From Octopus sinensis (lineage: Eukaryota), in assembly GCF_006345805.1 (NCBI RefSeq), contig NC_043006.1:41354001-41418000 (forward strand): a DNA stretch of 64,000 bases. Reading direction: 5' to 3'. Position 1 is the stretch's first letter. Each line of letters opens with the position of its first letter. A program made the position numbers and the translations under genes. The notes beneath the pieces were generated by a model, which saw nothing but the letters and a program-made list of their open reading frames with translations, did not search any database and had not been told where the DNA came from. Shown here piece by piece: positions 28,229 through 41,203 of this stretch.

Positions 28229-28370
28229 GATATATATATATATTATTTAGCAATTAAGGACAACTACTTAATAAGGAAAACTTAACAAGAAATTGTCAGG
28301 TAGATAGCGTGAAAACCTCATAAGAGAAAAAATTTCGAAAATAATTATTTCTTATTGAACATATTAATTT

Positions 28371-28540
28371 ATATATAGAGGGCATTATACATACATGCCA
28401 GAAGGCATTATACATACATGCCACACGCTAAGAGGGACAATTAGTCATTTCTACCATTTGGTAGAAATGACTAATTGTCCCTCTACGTGTGGCATGTATG
28501 TATAATGCCTTCTGCATGTATGTATAATGCCCTCTATATA
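28371..28540. repeat. Near-perfect palindrome with internal direct duplication of about 23 bp
   Basis: Centre gtcatttctacca-tt-tggtagaaatgac; ggcattatacatacatgc occurs twice per arm. Confidence 0.9.
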
Positions 28541-28562
28541 AAAATATATATATATATATATA

Positions 28563-28647
<85 letters not shown>

Positions 28648-28649
<2 letters not shown>

Positions 28650-28795
28650 GTTGAAATTTACAGGAAAACAAAAGGCGAACACAGGTATATAAAAAACAAG
28701 CAGGTGTATTAGTTTGACGCTCGGGAATGTGAGAAAGTCTTTTACGTTTCGAGCCTACGCTCTTCAACGGAAAGGAATAAGAGAAAAAAAAACTT
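28648..28795 (-). mobile_element. Short PLE pseudo-LTR-like remnant
   Basis: Minus strand ttgaa gagc-gtag-gctc gaaa cg ta (variant HHR-like); related fragment cgtcaaactaataca at about 18909-18960. Confidence 0.4.
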
Positions 28796-29189
28796 GTGGA
28801 TATGTATGTATGTATTTATGTACGTACGTATGTATGTATGTATGTATGTATGTATGTATGTATGTATGTATGTATGTATGTATGTATGTATGTATGTATG
28901 TATGAGAGAGTGAAAGAGGGATGGAACTTTTAAATACTTGCTGGAAAGACGAATTTTATTCCAGACAGACATAGTTTCTTCAGCTATTTAAAACATTGTT
29001 TCCTCTCATCCATACATATATTGTAACGTTTCTCTATCTGTCTTTTGTATTTTACTCTGCTTTTTATTCCTAGCTGTTCACCTTCCCTTCCAGTCTGTTA
29101 CACTGTCTTGGTCACTGTCTGTGTGTGTGTTTGTGCGGGTGTGTGTGTGAGTGTGTGTATGCACACACAAAAACATATATATATATATA

Positions 29190-29541
29190 TTCTTTTATTC
29201 CTTTATTTCAGTCATTTGACTGCGGCCATGCGGGAGAAGAGCCTGTAGTCGAACAAATCGACCCCAGGACTTATTCTTTGTAAGCCTAGTACATATTCTA
29301 TCGGTATCTTTTGCCGATCCGCTAAGTTACAGGGACGTAAACACACCGGCATCGGTTGTCAAGTAATGGTGTTGGACAAACACAGACATACAAACACATA
29401 CACGACGGCTTTTTTTTCAGTTTCCGTCTATCAAATCCACTCACAAGACTAGTCGGCCCGAGGCTATAGTAGAAACTTGCCCAAGGGGCCACGCAGTAGG
29501 ACTGAACACGGGACCATGTGGTTGGTATGTAAGCTACTTAC
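29190..29541 (-). mobile_element. SINE family B, near full length
   Basis: Minus strand gcgcaggagtggccttggggtaag...gtgttcagtcctactgcgtggccccttgggcaagt...gcatggccgcagtcaaatgactgaaa. Confidence 0.85.
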
Positions 29542-29562
29542 CCCAAGGCCACTCCTGCGCTC

Positions 29563-29611
<49 letters not shown>

Positions 29612-29682
29612 TATGTATGATATAAATACATATATGTATTTATATTTATATACAGTATCTATGTATACAATATACAAACATC

Positions 29683-29719
<37 letters not shown>

Positions 29720-31169
29720 GGAGATATGGAAAGAGATATTGATAGATAAATATATCTATTCATTATCTCATCTTATCTCTCCCCTCTCCCTCTTACACAC
29801 ACACACACACAAACATACATATGTCTATCTATATGTGTATGTGGGTTAGTGTGTGCATGTGTATTGCGTACGCACGCACAAACATATACATGTCTGTTGG
29901 GTAGTTACATACACAATTTAGAGATTTGAATTGTGTTTCTTCTTCCAATAATAGAACCCATATTCTCAAAACCTTTACTTAAAGATGCGTAGTGTTCAGT
30001 AAATGCATCAGTATTCCAGAAGAACAAATGGAAACCTATAATCAGGCTTACCGAACATTCTACTGAATTTAGATGATATATTCGTACATGAAACGCAGCT
30101 AAGAACCACCATATTACTTTACCTATTTTCTTTCCAGTCAGTATCTGAAGCTCATGCCTTTCATGTATTTGAAGCATTTATATAAGGTTAAAATTGGCGA
30201 TATTATCGTATCACTTTCTCTGACCCGCTGCACTCACTTACACATAGATGTATATGCTAATATGAGATCATTATTTGAAAGCAATTTTAAGAATATCAAC
30301 GTAATATTTATCGCTGGGATTAAGTCATCGATCTGGTAGAATCGTTAGTCGGCCGGGCAAAATGCTTAGGCGGCATTTCGTCCGTCTTAAAGCTTTAAGT
30401 TCAATGTCTGCTTTACATTTTCATTCCGGGGTCGACAACATAACTGCCAAGTTAGCACTAAAGTCAATTTAATCGACTCATCCATCTAAAGAAATTGGTG
30501 ACTTTGTACGAAAATTTGAAACCGATATTTATTGATGGTGGCTGCGTAGAAATGTAAAAAGCGTTTTTTGTGGAATTTTAAGATTTGATTCGCGGATCAT
30601 CCAGCCAATTTAATAAGCCATCTGGTTTATTTTAAAAGTTTCAGTTAGAACGCTGTTTGTTGTATATATATATATGGCTCTCATTTTTTAGCTTTTAAAT
30701 GTTTCAGTCAGTAGATTCTGGTCGTGTTGGAGCACCGCTTCAAAGAATCTTAATAAAATGAATCGATCCCAATGAAATTTTTCTTTTTTAAGCCTCGTAG
30801 TTAATCTATCAGTTTCTTTTCCGAACTGCTACTCTTTGGTACTCTTTGCAGCTGGTACTCTTTGCAGCTCAGTAAATTGGATCGATGTGAAATTAATTGC
30901 ATTGATCAAGTACACAACCCACTGCTTGTCCCAGCCATCGAACTCAAGACCTTGGGCGCATAAGCAGTATATCCTAACCGTTAGGACATGTGTATTCATG
31001 AGTAAGAGAAAAGTTAAACTCCGAAGCTAAAAAACATACCACGTTACAAATATAGACGATACCTAATTTAATATCAGGTATTAAGAAGAAATAGGAATCA
31101 AATCTATCAAATTATAAAGATATGTAAGTTAGTAAGTATTCGTAATCGAAAACTGTATTCAAGCCATTC

Positions 31170-31545
31170 TGTTAGTTTCTGGGCCACTTTTTCTACGTCG
31201 CGCGTCACCAACTGTTTCTATGGTTTTCAAATGCGCAAGAGAATTAGTTACGTTTATAAGTATGAGGATTTTCTCAGCTGTACATAATCCATAGCTTTCT
31301 GTTCTATTTGTACAAGTTTTGCATCTTTAAAGGATCTTTTATTTACATTATAGCAATGCCACGTTCTTTCAGTGGTCGTACGTAATTCGATAATTTAGTT
31401 TTGTTGCTCCTTCTTACATTATTGAAAGAATATATCTTCAATATATCTAATTAGATTTATTCACCACAGTACCAGCATAAACTTTGGGCTCAGTATCTCG
31501 ATTCAGTTTTCCATCAGTGATCTGTGACTCACACATAAGTAATTT
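31170..31545 (-). pseudogene. Decayed PLE GIY-YIG endonuclease (CxLCxxEK type)
   Basis: KVYAG..., SFNNVRRSNKTKLSNYVRPLKERGI, KIL*RCKTCTNRTESYGLCTAEKILIL across frames. Confidence 0.7.
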
Positions 31546-31962
31546 AATTAGTATTGCGTGACTAACTCAGAATGCATGTGTTTGTAGACCGACATGGGTA
31601 GTTAAACTCAGCTCTTTTATTCGTATTATTTGAAAATTTTTTTTTTTCATATTGCTAGTGAAACTAAGGCTTCGATTTAAATCATTTCTATTGAACATCT
31701 TCTGATAAACTGACAGAAATTTATTTATTACGGCTAGGAAATATTACCCTGGTCTGAGATTGAGTACTTAAGGGGAAGAAGGTGTGATCAAGATTATTAT
31801 AGATCCCTTTTCCTTTTTTATTAGGTGGTTACAGGGGCATTTAGTATTTTTATATCTACTAGCACTGACAAATAGTTCTCTATTAGAAACAGGGCCATGA
31901 TTCTTCCAAATAAATTGTTGACTACGTCATGAAAACTGTGGGAGAGTGAATGAAAATAAATT

Positions 31963-32533
31963 ATATGAACATTAAGGTCAAACATAATAATATAGAACAA
32001 AACAATGTACATGAAACAGTAATATGATACTATAAGTACAGTATGTATAAGTGAATATAAATAAATACAAATATAAATATAAACTACATCTTACAGCTGT
32101 TTCGGCCATGCAGATATGGGTGCCTCATTATGCTCATATAAGCCATGTGTGATAGGTTAATATGTAGTTATAAATGAGACACTTACAAAAATATCCCAAG
32201 GCCTCTTCAGAGATTATGAAGAACAAACTAAATTAAATATGAAAATCAGAGGAGGTACACCCATACAATAGTGGGTACATACCCATAATATATAATATAT
32301 AATATAATATACACATACATATGAGGGCATATATCCATACTCCTATATATATATATATATATATACATATATATAATAATAATAATATACAGCAATATAC
32401 ATACATATGTTCTATATATATAGAACATATATATATTTATATTCACTTATACATACTGTACTTATTGTATCATATTACTCTTTCATGTACATTGTTTTGT
32501 TCTATATTATTATGTTTGACCTTAATGTTCATA
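31963..32533. repeat. Inverted repeat (arms about 31963-32066 and 32429-32533) enclosing a hammerhead; PLE-like
   Basis: atatgaacattaaggtcaaacataataatatagaacaaaacaatgtacatgaaa mirrored at about 32480-32533. Confidence 0.8.
32088..32214 (-). ncRNA. Minimal type I hammerhead motif with long stem II insert
   Basis: atct CTGAAGA ggcc...ggcc GAAA cagctg TA agat; palindromic ACAGCTGT stem III. Confidence 0.65.
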
Positions 32534-33060
32534 TGTAGTGGTTTAATAAATTATGTGATTGGGTATTATCTGGTAGTTGATCACTGATTAAGATGTGTTT
32601 CTCCTTTTTCTTATTTTGTACTATTAATTTGTGGTAAAACATTTTACCTTTGCCCAAATAATACAGTGAATGAATTAATTGCATCGCAATTCTTAACATT
32701 TATGTATTACTTTTTTGGGTACTTCACTAGCAGTATACTGGATATATGTTATCCCATGGAGGGATGCACTTACAACCCCTATCTCAATTTGTATATATAT
32801 ATATATATATGTCTGTGTGTATGTTCGTGTGTCTGTTTGCCCCCCCCCCCCCCCACAATCGCTTGACAACCACTGTTGGTGTGTTTACGTCCCCGTAACT
32901 TAGCGGTTCGACTAAAGGATCCGATAGAACAAGTAATAGGCTTACAAAGAATGAGTCATGGGGTCAATTTGTACGACTAAAGGTGCTGCTCCAGTATGGT
33001 CGCAGTCAAAGAATGAAACAAATAAAAGAATATTATATATAATGTGTGTGTAGGTGGTTG

Positions 33061-33094
<34 letters not shown>

Positions 33095-33354
33095 ATATAG
33101 ATATATATGTATATCTATATGTGCAGAGAGAGAAAGAGGTAGAGGGAGAGAGAAAATAATCTCTTCTACTAAAAACTCATGGCCTGGGGAAGGGGAGTAG
33201 ATGATTACTCCAACTCCACTTTTCAACTGCTACTTATTTCAGACGCACGGAATTCAACCGTCTCGGTTCCTCTAACATAGCTTGTCCGACTATATTCTAA
33301 TGTTTTCTAGATGACAAGATGATTGGTAATTATGAGTGGAATTGATACTATAAT

Positions 33355-34335
33355 ACTACTCTGCACGCGAAAGCGAAGACAAGTCATTGTAATCACTCAT
33401 TTTTGTCTGTCTGTGTGTTTGCAAATTTACTGGAAAACAACTGAAAGGATTTTCATGAAATTTGGAGAAATGCTCATTGGGTGAGTGGCTGGAAATGATG
33501 AAAATTTGATTTGGTTAACTTTAAAAAAAAAATTAATCGAACTTACAAATTTCCCAATGAGCAAGTGGTCATATTTTATTCACTTTCTTTTTCATATGAA
33601 TCGACCCTCCTCAGCGAGTGCATAGATCATGGTGTACCTATGCGTGTAGACTCGTGTAGGTACACACATGCATAAATACATAGATATGTAACTTTGTGTG
33701 TGTGTCTGCGTGCGTACAGTGATGGATTCGAGGGTTTCGTTTATTTCGTTGATTTCGTAATTTCACCGGAGTATAAATTTTGATAATTTTGAAAAAAAAA
33801 ATGATAAATAATTCCAACTTACAAACTTCTCAATAAGCAAGTGGTGATATTGTTTATATCCTGCAATGAACTACAGTAATTTTGATCACCTGCCATCATT
33901 GAAAAGCGTTCAAAACACTTCTCAAATTGTATGCAATATTTTCTATAAGTATTTCATTTCGTTCACTTTCTTTTTCATAATTATACTTATTCATTATCAT
34001 GATTATTATTGAATAATCATTTATTTAGTCATATGCAAATTTTACTCATATGCAAATTGTATATTGAACTTTCCCAAAACAACCTCTGATTTTCATTGTC
34101 AATTCGTTTTTTAGCATTTCACTACTGAAATAGAAAGTTTTTCTTTTTTGTTTTGAAAAGACATGATTCTTCAGTGAGAAATTGGAGAAGAATCTGCATT
34201 TTATGTTATTGTTTCTTAAATTTAATTCCAAACCTCCTAAAATAACATTCAAATTTTTTTGCCAAATTGTATTTTAACGGTTTTTCGAAAACATTTATCT
34301 GCGCGTAGAATATGCATCACATCTCCGATGCCTTC
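33355..34335 (+). mobile_element. Possible Helentron-associated (DINE/HINE-like) non-autonomous element
   Basis: Degenerate subterminal IR tactctgcacgc/gcgcgtagaata, gtctgtctgt tract, ggattttcatgaaatttgg motif, 3' hairpin gcatc..gatgc, internal duplication. Confidence 0.45.
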
Positions 34336-34369
34336 TCCCCTCTATTTACTGGTTTCAAATATTGGCACT

Positions 34370-34562
34370 AGGCCATTAATTTCGGGAGAGTGCGTAAGTC
34401 GATTACGTCGACCTCAGTGTTCAACTGGTACTTATTTTATCAACCCCGAAATGATGAAAAGCAAAAGAGACCTCAGCGGAATTTGAACTCAGAATGGAAA
34501 GACGCACGATATGCCACTAAGCACTTAGCCAACAGTAGTAACGATTCTGCCAGCTCGCCGCC
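34370..34562 (-). mobile_element. SINE family A
   Basis: taacgattctgccagctcgccgcc head on the minus strand. Confidence 0.8.
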
Positions 34563-34768
34563 GTCTTTTTGATCTCTTCGAACAATTATAGCAGTTTATT
34601 TTATTGGTGATGAATTCAAATAATACATCATATACAGATGGAAATTATTCCTGTTCCATCAAACTTCATTCTTATTCGAAATTGAGGGTCTGGATGAAGA
34701 GAGTTTTGTGAAATATATATGGATATGTAGAATATATCTATATCTATATCTATATCATATATCTATAT

Positions 34769-34808
<40 letters not shown>

Positions 34809-34928
34809 TATATATGTATGTATATGTATATATGTATATGTATATATATTTGTATGTATATATATGTATGTATATGTATATATGTAAGTATATATATATA
34901 TTGTATGTCCATATATATATATATAAGT

Positions 34929-35245
34929 GAGGGCACGTGGCTTAGTGGTTAGGGCATTCGGCTCATGATCGTAAGGTTGTGAGTTCGATTCCCGGCGACG
35001 CGTTGTGTCCTTGAGCAAGACACTTTATTTCAACGTGCTCCAGTCCACTCAGCTGGCAAAAATGAGTTGTACTTGTATTTCAAAGGTCAGCCTTGTCACT
35101 CTCTGTGTCACGCTGATTATCCCCGAGAACTACGTTAAGGGTACACGTGTCTGTGGAATGCTCAGCCATTTGCACGTTAATTTCACGAGCAAGCTGTTCC
35201 GTTGATCGTATCAGCTGGGACCCTCATCGTCGTAACCGGCGGAGT
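34929..35245 (+). mobile_element. SINE family C (tRNA head plus CORE-like domain)
   Basis: A box TGGCTTAGTGG, B box GAGTTCGATTCC, tgtgtccttgagcaagacacttt, tail cgtcgtaaccggcggagt; second copy at 47265-47632. Confidence 0.85.
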
Positions 35246-35296
35246 CTTTAAGATATATATATGTATGTATATATATATATATATTTATATGTATGA

Positions 35297-35339
<43 letters not shown>

Positions 35340-35343
<4 letters not shown>

Positions 35344-36170
35344 TGCGTATTTATTAATAACGCACGCACCCCCTTAAGTAAGATTGTTCTGTATATCAAG
35401 TTTTGGTCTTGATATTAACTCTTCACTTTTCTGTCCCATCCCTATTCTTTGATTTTCTTTTTCCTCTACTTAACTTGTCTCTTCCTCTCTCTCTCATTCT
35501 TCACTCTCTCTCTCTCCCCCTCACAATTCTTCATGGTTTCCTCGCAGCCATTCCCCTTCTTCTCTCCCTTTCTCTTGCTCTCCTCCCCCCTTCCGCCCGT
35601 CGTCCACCCGCGACCATACTTCCGCTCTGACTGTCTTTCTGGCCTGGCCTTTCAGGTACTGGACGACATTCTTCCTGCTCCCCTGTCGTTCACAAAAATT
35701 CTGCGTTTGCAATACTTTATTCGTTCGGCGTCAACAGCCCTCTTATCTTGTTTTTCCCTGTCCTGTCCTTTACTGTTTATATTTTGTACTGTCGTTACTG
35801 TCCTGTTTTTTTACCATTTTTTTACCATTTTTTACCCCTCTGCGAAAAGATCTCAGAATTTAATTGATTTGCTTTTCGCAGGAAGGAAAGTTTCTTGTCG
35901 AAGATACGTCTCGCTTTTAATCCTTCGAAACGTAGAGTATATGAAACCATAGCGACGAAGAAGGGGTTTTTTCTTTGTGTTAATTGTCTTGTACTCCATT
36001 TTTTGTTGTTTTTAAAAAAATGTCCAGTTCCTTTGGTTTGTGTCTATGTTTTCGTTTCTCTTTGTGTTCGACGTCCCTTTGGTGTCCTGTACTCATATAT
36101 GCGTGTATATGTACATGTAGAGGTAGGTACGTACATATATGTTTATATATATGCATATGTTCTATTTTAT
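35340..36170. other. Unclassified pyrimidine-rich insertion between (TA)n tracts
   Basis: Sharp composition shift; hairpin ctgcgaaaag..cttttcgcag; no coding motifs recognised. Confidence 0.3.
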
Positions 36171-36172
36171 TA

Positions 36173-36205
<33 letters not shown>

Positions 36206-36469
36206 AAAGTCAAAATGAGGGTGAAAAAATTGGATATTAATTTAATAACATCAAATTTAAACACCAGTGGCCTAGCTTATAAAATACTGAGATTCAGTAA
36301 ATATTATTAATACACAACTATAAGAGAGAATCCACTATATGGACGCCCTTACGCTAGATATAGATCCGCAAGGGGACTCAACCACTAAGAATTGTTCTCA
36401 AGAAATAATTCAGCACACCAAGAACGTAAGCGAGCAGGACAAATGAAAAATAACGAAAATAAAGATTAA

Positions 36470-36543
36470 CCCCATACAATTGTTTCACCGTTAATAAATT
36501 ATGTAATTTTACTTACATAAATATTCTTGGATCATCAGTGGAG
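36470..36543 (-). ncRNA. Minimal type I hammerhead motif
   Basis: ctcca CTGATGA tcc...ttatgtaa-gtaaaa-ttacataa...cggt GAAA caattg TA tgggg; palindromic ACAATTGT. Confidence 0.6.
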
Positions 36544-36604
36544 TACGTCATATATATATATACATATATATATACATACATATACATATATATATACATA
36601 CATA

Positions 36605-36683
<79 letters not shown>

Positions 36684-37065
36684 CACAACTATGAGGGAGA
36701 ATCCACTATATGGACGCTCTTACGCTAGATATAGATCCGCAAAGGGACTCAACCACTAAGAATTGTTCTCAAGAAATAATGTATATATATGTTTATATGT
36801 GTATATATATATATATGTATATATATATGTATATACATATGTATATATATGTGTATATATATATGTATATACATACATGTACATATATATATATATATAT
36901 ATATACATGTATATATATATATATATATTAATAAAAGGAATTCCAAACTTGTCTGATTTTCACGGTTTACTTACAATCGTATAATGATATAATATAATAT
37001 AATATATTATAATATAATATAATATAATAAAATAAAATAATGGAATGTTAAATGTTCATTCTGAT

Positions 37066-37110
37066 TGAACTAGTACTTTCATGCATTAAATTCTGCAATC
37101 TTCAGGTTCA
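37066..37110 (-). ncRNA. Minimal type I hammerhead (inverted copy)
   Basis: Exact reverse complement of 38076-38120. Confidence 0.85.
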
Positions 37111-37229
37111 TGTAGTAATGGTGACAGTCATGCTTCACAATTTTTGACTGTTAGTAAATTTTTCAAGTTTTTAGGCTGAAAAAATTACTAACAAAGGCAA
37201 AATTTGACCTTAGCAACAAAGACCAAACA

Positions 37230-37607
37230 TTCACTGTATCTAAATGCAATGATAGCCGTTGTGGCACATGCCAATTCATACATACCGGCCAATATATAAA
37301 CACAAAAACCGCGAATATGAACTGCAAAAGCAGAAATTTAATTTACTGCATCAAATGCCCAAATTGTGAAGAAATATATGTAGGTCAGACGGGAAATGCA
37401 CTATCAGAACGCTCACATGTACACCGACAACAGATTAGAGACCCAGAGGTCCGTCAGATACCTTTGAGTAACCACCTAGCAACATATGGTCAGAAAATAT
37501 ATATAATATTTCCATTCTACAAATTACACAGCCCAAGTGAAATCGAGAGGAAAATCAGAGAAAAGAATTTTATTGATTAATTCGAACCCAAGCTAAATAA
37601 GCAATAA
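37230..37607 (+). pseudogene. PLE Zn-finger plus GIY-YIG endonuclease fragment
   Basis: KCNDSRCGTC...NCKSRNLIYCIKCPNCEEIYVGQT..LSER..VH...REKNFID*FEPKLN. Confidence 0.9.
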
Positions 37608-38075
37608 TAATAATACTTAGAAGTACTACTTCCACTGCTACGACCATGACCACTAACAACAACAACAATACTAAAGGTGATCAAGATGAAGATAGCAGGA
37701 AAATTATCTTATTTAGGGTTAAAAGTTCTATTGCCACCACCATCACCATTAGAAACAATAATTAAGGTGCTGACAATGATGATGATGACAATTGAAATAT
37801 AAAATCCCTGACAAAGGCTATTTACAACATTTCTAAAAATAGCCCAACAATTGCTGCCTCGGCCAGGATTAAGATACAGGACTCTTGACATGTTCAACAA
37901 AGCGTGACGCCTAAACCAATCAGCTTAAGTAATTGAGTGATGCTACACACTGATTGGTCAGAATACAGTTTGCAAAACCTAGCAATCTGGAGCCTACGCA
38001 GCTGTATTTAAGGCACAGATTTAATCATCTCGCTACAGTAAAAGATTGTGAAGCATGACTGTCACCACTACTACA

Positions 38076-38120
38076 TGAACCTGAAGATTGCAGAATTTAA
38101 TGCATGAAAGTACTAGTTCA
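38076..38120 (+). ncRNA. Minimal type I hammerhead ribozyme
   Basis: tgaac CTGAAGA t tgca-gaatttaa-tgca t GAAA gtac TA gttca; perfect 5-bp stem I, palindromic AGTACT stem III. Confidence 0.85.
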
Positions 38121-39412
38121 ATCAGAATGAACATTTAACATTCTATTATTTTATTTTATTATATTATATTATATCATTATAAGATTGTAAATAAAATGTG
38201 AAAATCAGACAAGGTTGGAATTCCTTTTATTAATATATTCTTCTATACACAATCACACACTCCCGTATATATATATATATTTATATATTTGAAAATATAT
38301 ATGAAATATTTTGGGTTTGTCAATTGATCAATAGTTCGTTTCGTCAGCGAACGTCAACATCACATAACCACAAATTTAGCTATGATGCAGTTTCTACAAT
38401 CTTGGGAATTCGCTAAGTATGGAAGAGGAAATGTAAATTATTAAGACGACTTGATTGAGAAGTATTGAGAACGGCATTTTTTATAAAACATAGAATTTAG
38501 TGTTGAGCATTTTATGGAATAATTACTGGAGAATATCGAAAATATGCAATGAAATGCTGGGATAGCTGCATTTTATAACAATCGGGAATTTGTAGTTTTG
38601 ATAATCAGCAATAAACAAAAAAACGAAGGAAAATATACAATTTCAAAATGGCAGAAAACATAATCAAAGAACAACCGACACCTAAGTTTTAAGTATCGGC
38701 CTTATCAAAAGAGCTGTAAGCAAAAATAAAAGAATGGTTATTGATGGCTCTGTTATGTGGGGTAGACAAACAATACATAACCTTCATAACTGAGATATGC
38801 TTCAAGTAGATAAAAATATAATCCATATTCGTTGAATTTCTCAATGGACAAAATAACGCATTAGAGGGAACATGTTGGTTGTTTGGTCGTATCTATGAAG
38901 GTTTTATAAGGACTTGGCCTAAAGAATGTTTACGAAATATGTCCAGCTTGTAACTTCAGGGAAAACAAAAAACTGTATGAATGGCAGTAGCTGTAGCAGT
39001 AGCAACAGTAGTGGTAGGAGTAGTAGTAGTAGGGGAGGGGGAGGAAGAGGATTAGGAAGATGGAAGGCAGGAGGAAAAGTAGGTTAATTCGAGGAATATG
39101 TAAATTTTAAGAAGATTAAGAAATGATACAGTATACTGTTTCGCTTATATGAGCAATGTCCACATAATGGTTTATCCAAGTGGGGAAATGTATGGTATGT
39201 ATGTATGTATGTATGTATGTATGTATGTATGTATGTATGTATGTATGTATATGTGTGTATATGTATATATATATATATATGTGTGTGTGTGCGAGTGTGT
39301 GTGTGCGAGTGTATGTGCGAGCGTGTGTGTAGGTATATATATATATGTAGGTAAGTATATATATGTATATATGTGTCTTGTGTTCATGTATGTATATATA
39401 TATATATATAAC

Positions 39413-39459
<47 letters not shown>

Positions 39460-40023
39460 AGGGAGAGCTGGGGAAAAGGAACTATTAACGATAATACGCA
39501 AGGATATAATCGTAGCAAGCTTGTATGTCCAGAAAGTCAAGGGAGTGTTACGAGTTAATTATTTGTTCATCCGTTAATAATTATTCTGTAATTTCTTTTC
39601 TTTGAAGTGTTATCTTTATGGTGCTATTGACCGCCCTGCTAATCCCCAAACTATGTTCTGAGGGTGAATATCGGAGATATATGCCGAGTAATGCAACATG
39701 TGACTGACAGGTGCAGAGAAGGTCTTGTAAGAAAGATTAGCTTCCGGTGTACATACCTCTTGATTGATTCAGAGAGGAAAGATTGCATTTACATATTAGT
39801 ATCCTTCTCGTATCATTTGATTTTATTTCTGCATGTAGTTGTCATTTTGAATTATTCATATCCTGCCAAATCCTCACCATCACCATGATCATGATCATGA
39901 TGATGATCATCATCATCATCAGAATCAGAAATATCACAGCAATTATAGTAACATAACGTTCAAGGTGAGGGAATATATTAAGTCAATGGATTATATGATT
40001 AGAAGAGTCAAGCTCTCCTACAC

Positions 40024-40131
<108 letters not shown>

Positions 40132-40655
40132 AATATTTTAAGATGATCCGTGTCTCTGATGCATTTTGGCAAAGGCATATTGACAAAACGATCAAGTATA
40201 ACAAGTTAACTCCGAGATAGACCTTAGATCAAAGGGATCGCAAATGTTACAATCTCATTTTTTCCTGGAATATATTATCCTTTATATTCTTCCTTTCATT
40301 ATATATGGTAGGATGTGATTCGAGGGAGATTTTGTTACTATTTCTATAGGTTGAAGGCCACATAAAGTCTCCCCTACTGACAACTGATTATCGTTGACAT
40401 AGCTGTGTGTATTCAAACCAACTGTAGTACTTTAATACAGCATTTAACTTATATCTACCTCATAGACTTCTGAAAGATGAAAAGCTAAGTCGACCGTGGT
40501 GAGATTGGGGATCTAATGGTAATAATAATTGCTTCTAGCTCGGGAGAGTTTAGAGAGAGGTGTTTATCCGATTATATTGATTATAGGACTCTATCGCACA
40601 AATATCACGATGTGTTAGCCACTTTCTAACGCTTTAGCTAACCCATCGTGCGAAC

Positions 40656-40711
<56 letters not shown>

Positions 40712-40715
40712 TAAA

Positions 40716-41203
40716 AATTGATTGGAAGTGTTATCATGTACAGTGTTTTGTCTTGGTATAAAAGTTGGGCTACAGCAAATATTCTGCTCAATACCACAGA
40801 TTTGCTTGTCCTTAACCAAGTTGAGCATGTCCCTTAGTGGCTGACGATATGCGCATCTCTGATCACGAGCAGAAGTAATGGGGGAGCATCATAGCTGTGT
40901 GTTGAAAATAATTTTTAGAGGTTTGGATAATTCACCTTTGGAAACATAGGTGGTTCGTTCAACATCCTTAAGCAATCCTTATTCAGGGATCTTTTGAGTG
41001 GGATGGGCTACTCGACCAGAAGAAAATTATAACTGGACCCCTCCTGCAAGGTAATGTGCTGTTTATCTTGATATGAGATCACCATGTCGCGCACATATGG
41101 TTGTGATGTATGTGCCTGGTGTACCCTTATCAGACGGGTAGTAATTGGGCTTCGTATATTTTACCCCAGTGTCACTTTGATGGCATGCACTACTCTCTCA
41201 CTC
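40716..41203 (+). mobile_element. Non-coding retroelement segment of about 490 bp inserted in (TAA)n
   Basis: Flanked by (TAA)n; inverted copy at 50538-51048 and 40-bp 3' stub at 41261-41300 share the end ...ctctctcactc(aat)n. Confidence 0.8.

Larger units (their letters stand above)
36923..38238 (+). mobile_element. 5'-truncated Penelope-like element with inverted pseudo-LTR copies
   Basis: Arms about 36923-37153 and 38032-38238 are reverse complements, each with an HHR; a GIY-YIG ORF lies between them. Confidence 0.9.

Noticed and set aside
24280-31545. Single PLE with permuted EN-before-RT order
   Set aside because: Fragments are 6 kb apart with unrelated sequence between; separate insertions are simpler.
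34929-35002. tRNA gene with CAT anticodon
   Set aside because: Acceptor stem does not pair and the sequence continues into a SINE body; it is a SINE head.
35449-35952. 167-aa ORF
   Set aside because: Pyrimidine-rich strand depleted of stop codons; no motifs.
38330-38980. Possible decayed LINE coding sequence
   Set aside because: Purine-rich, but I could not recover diagnostic motifs.
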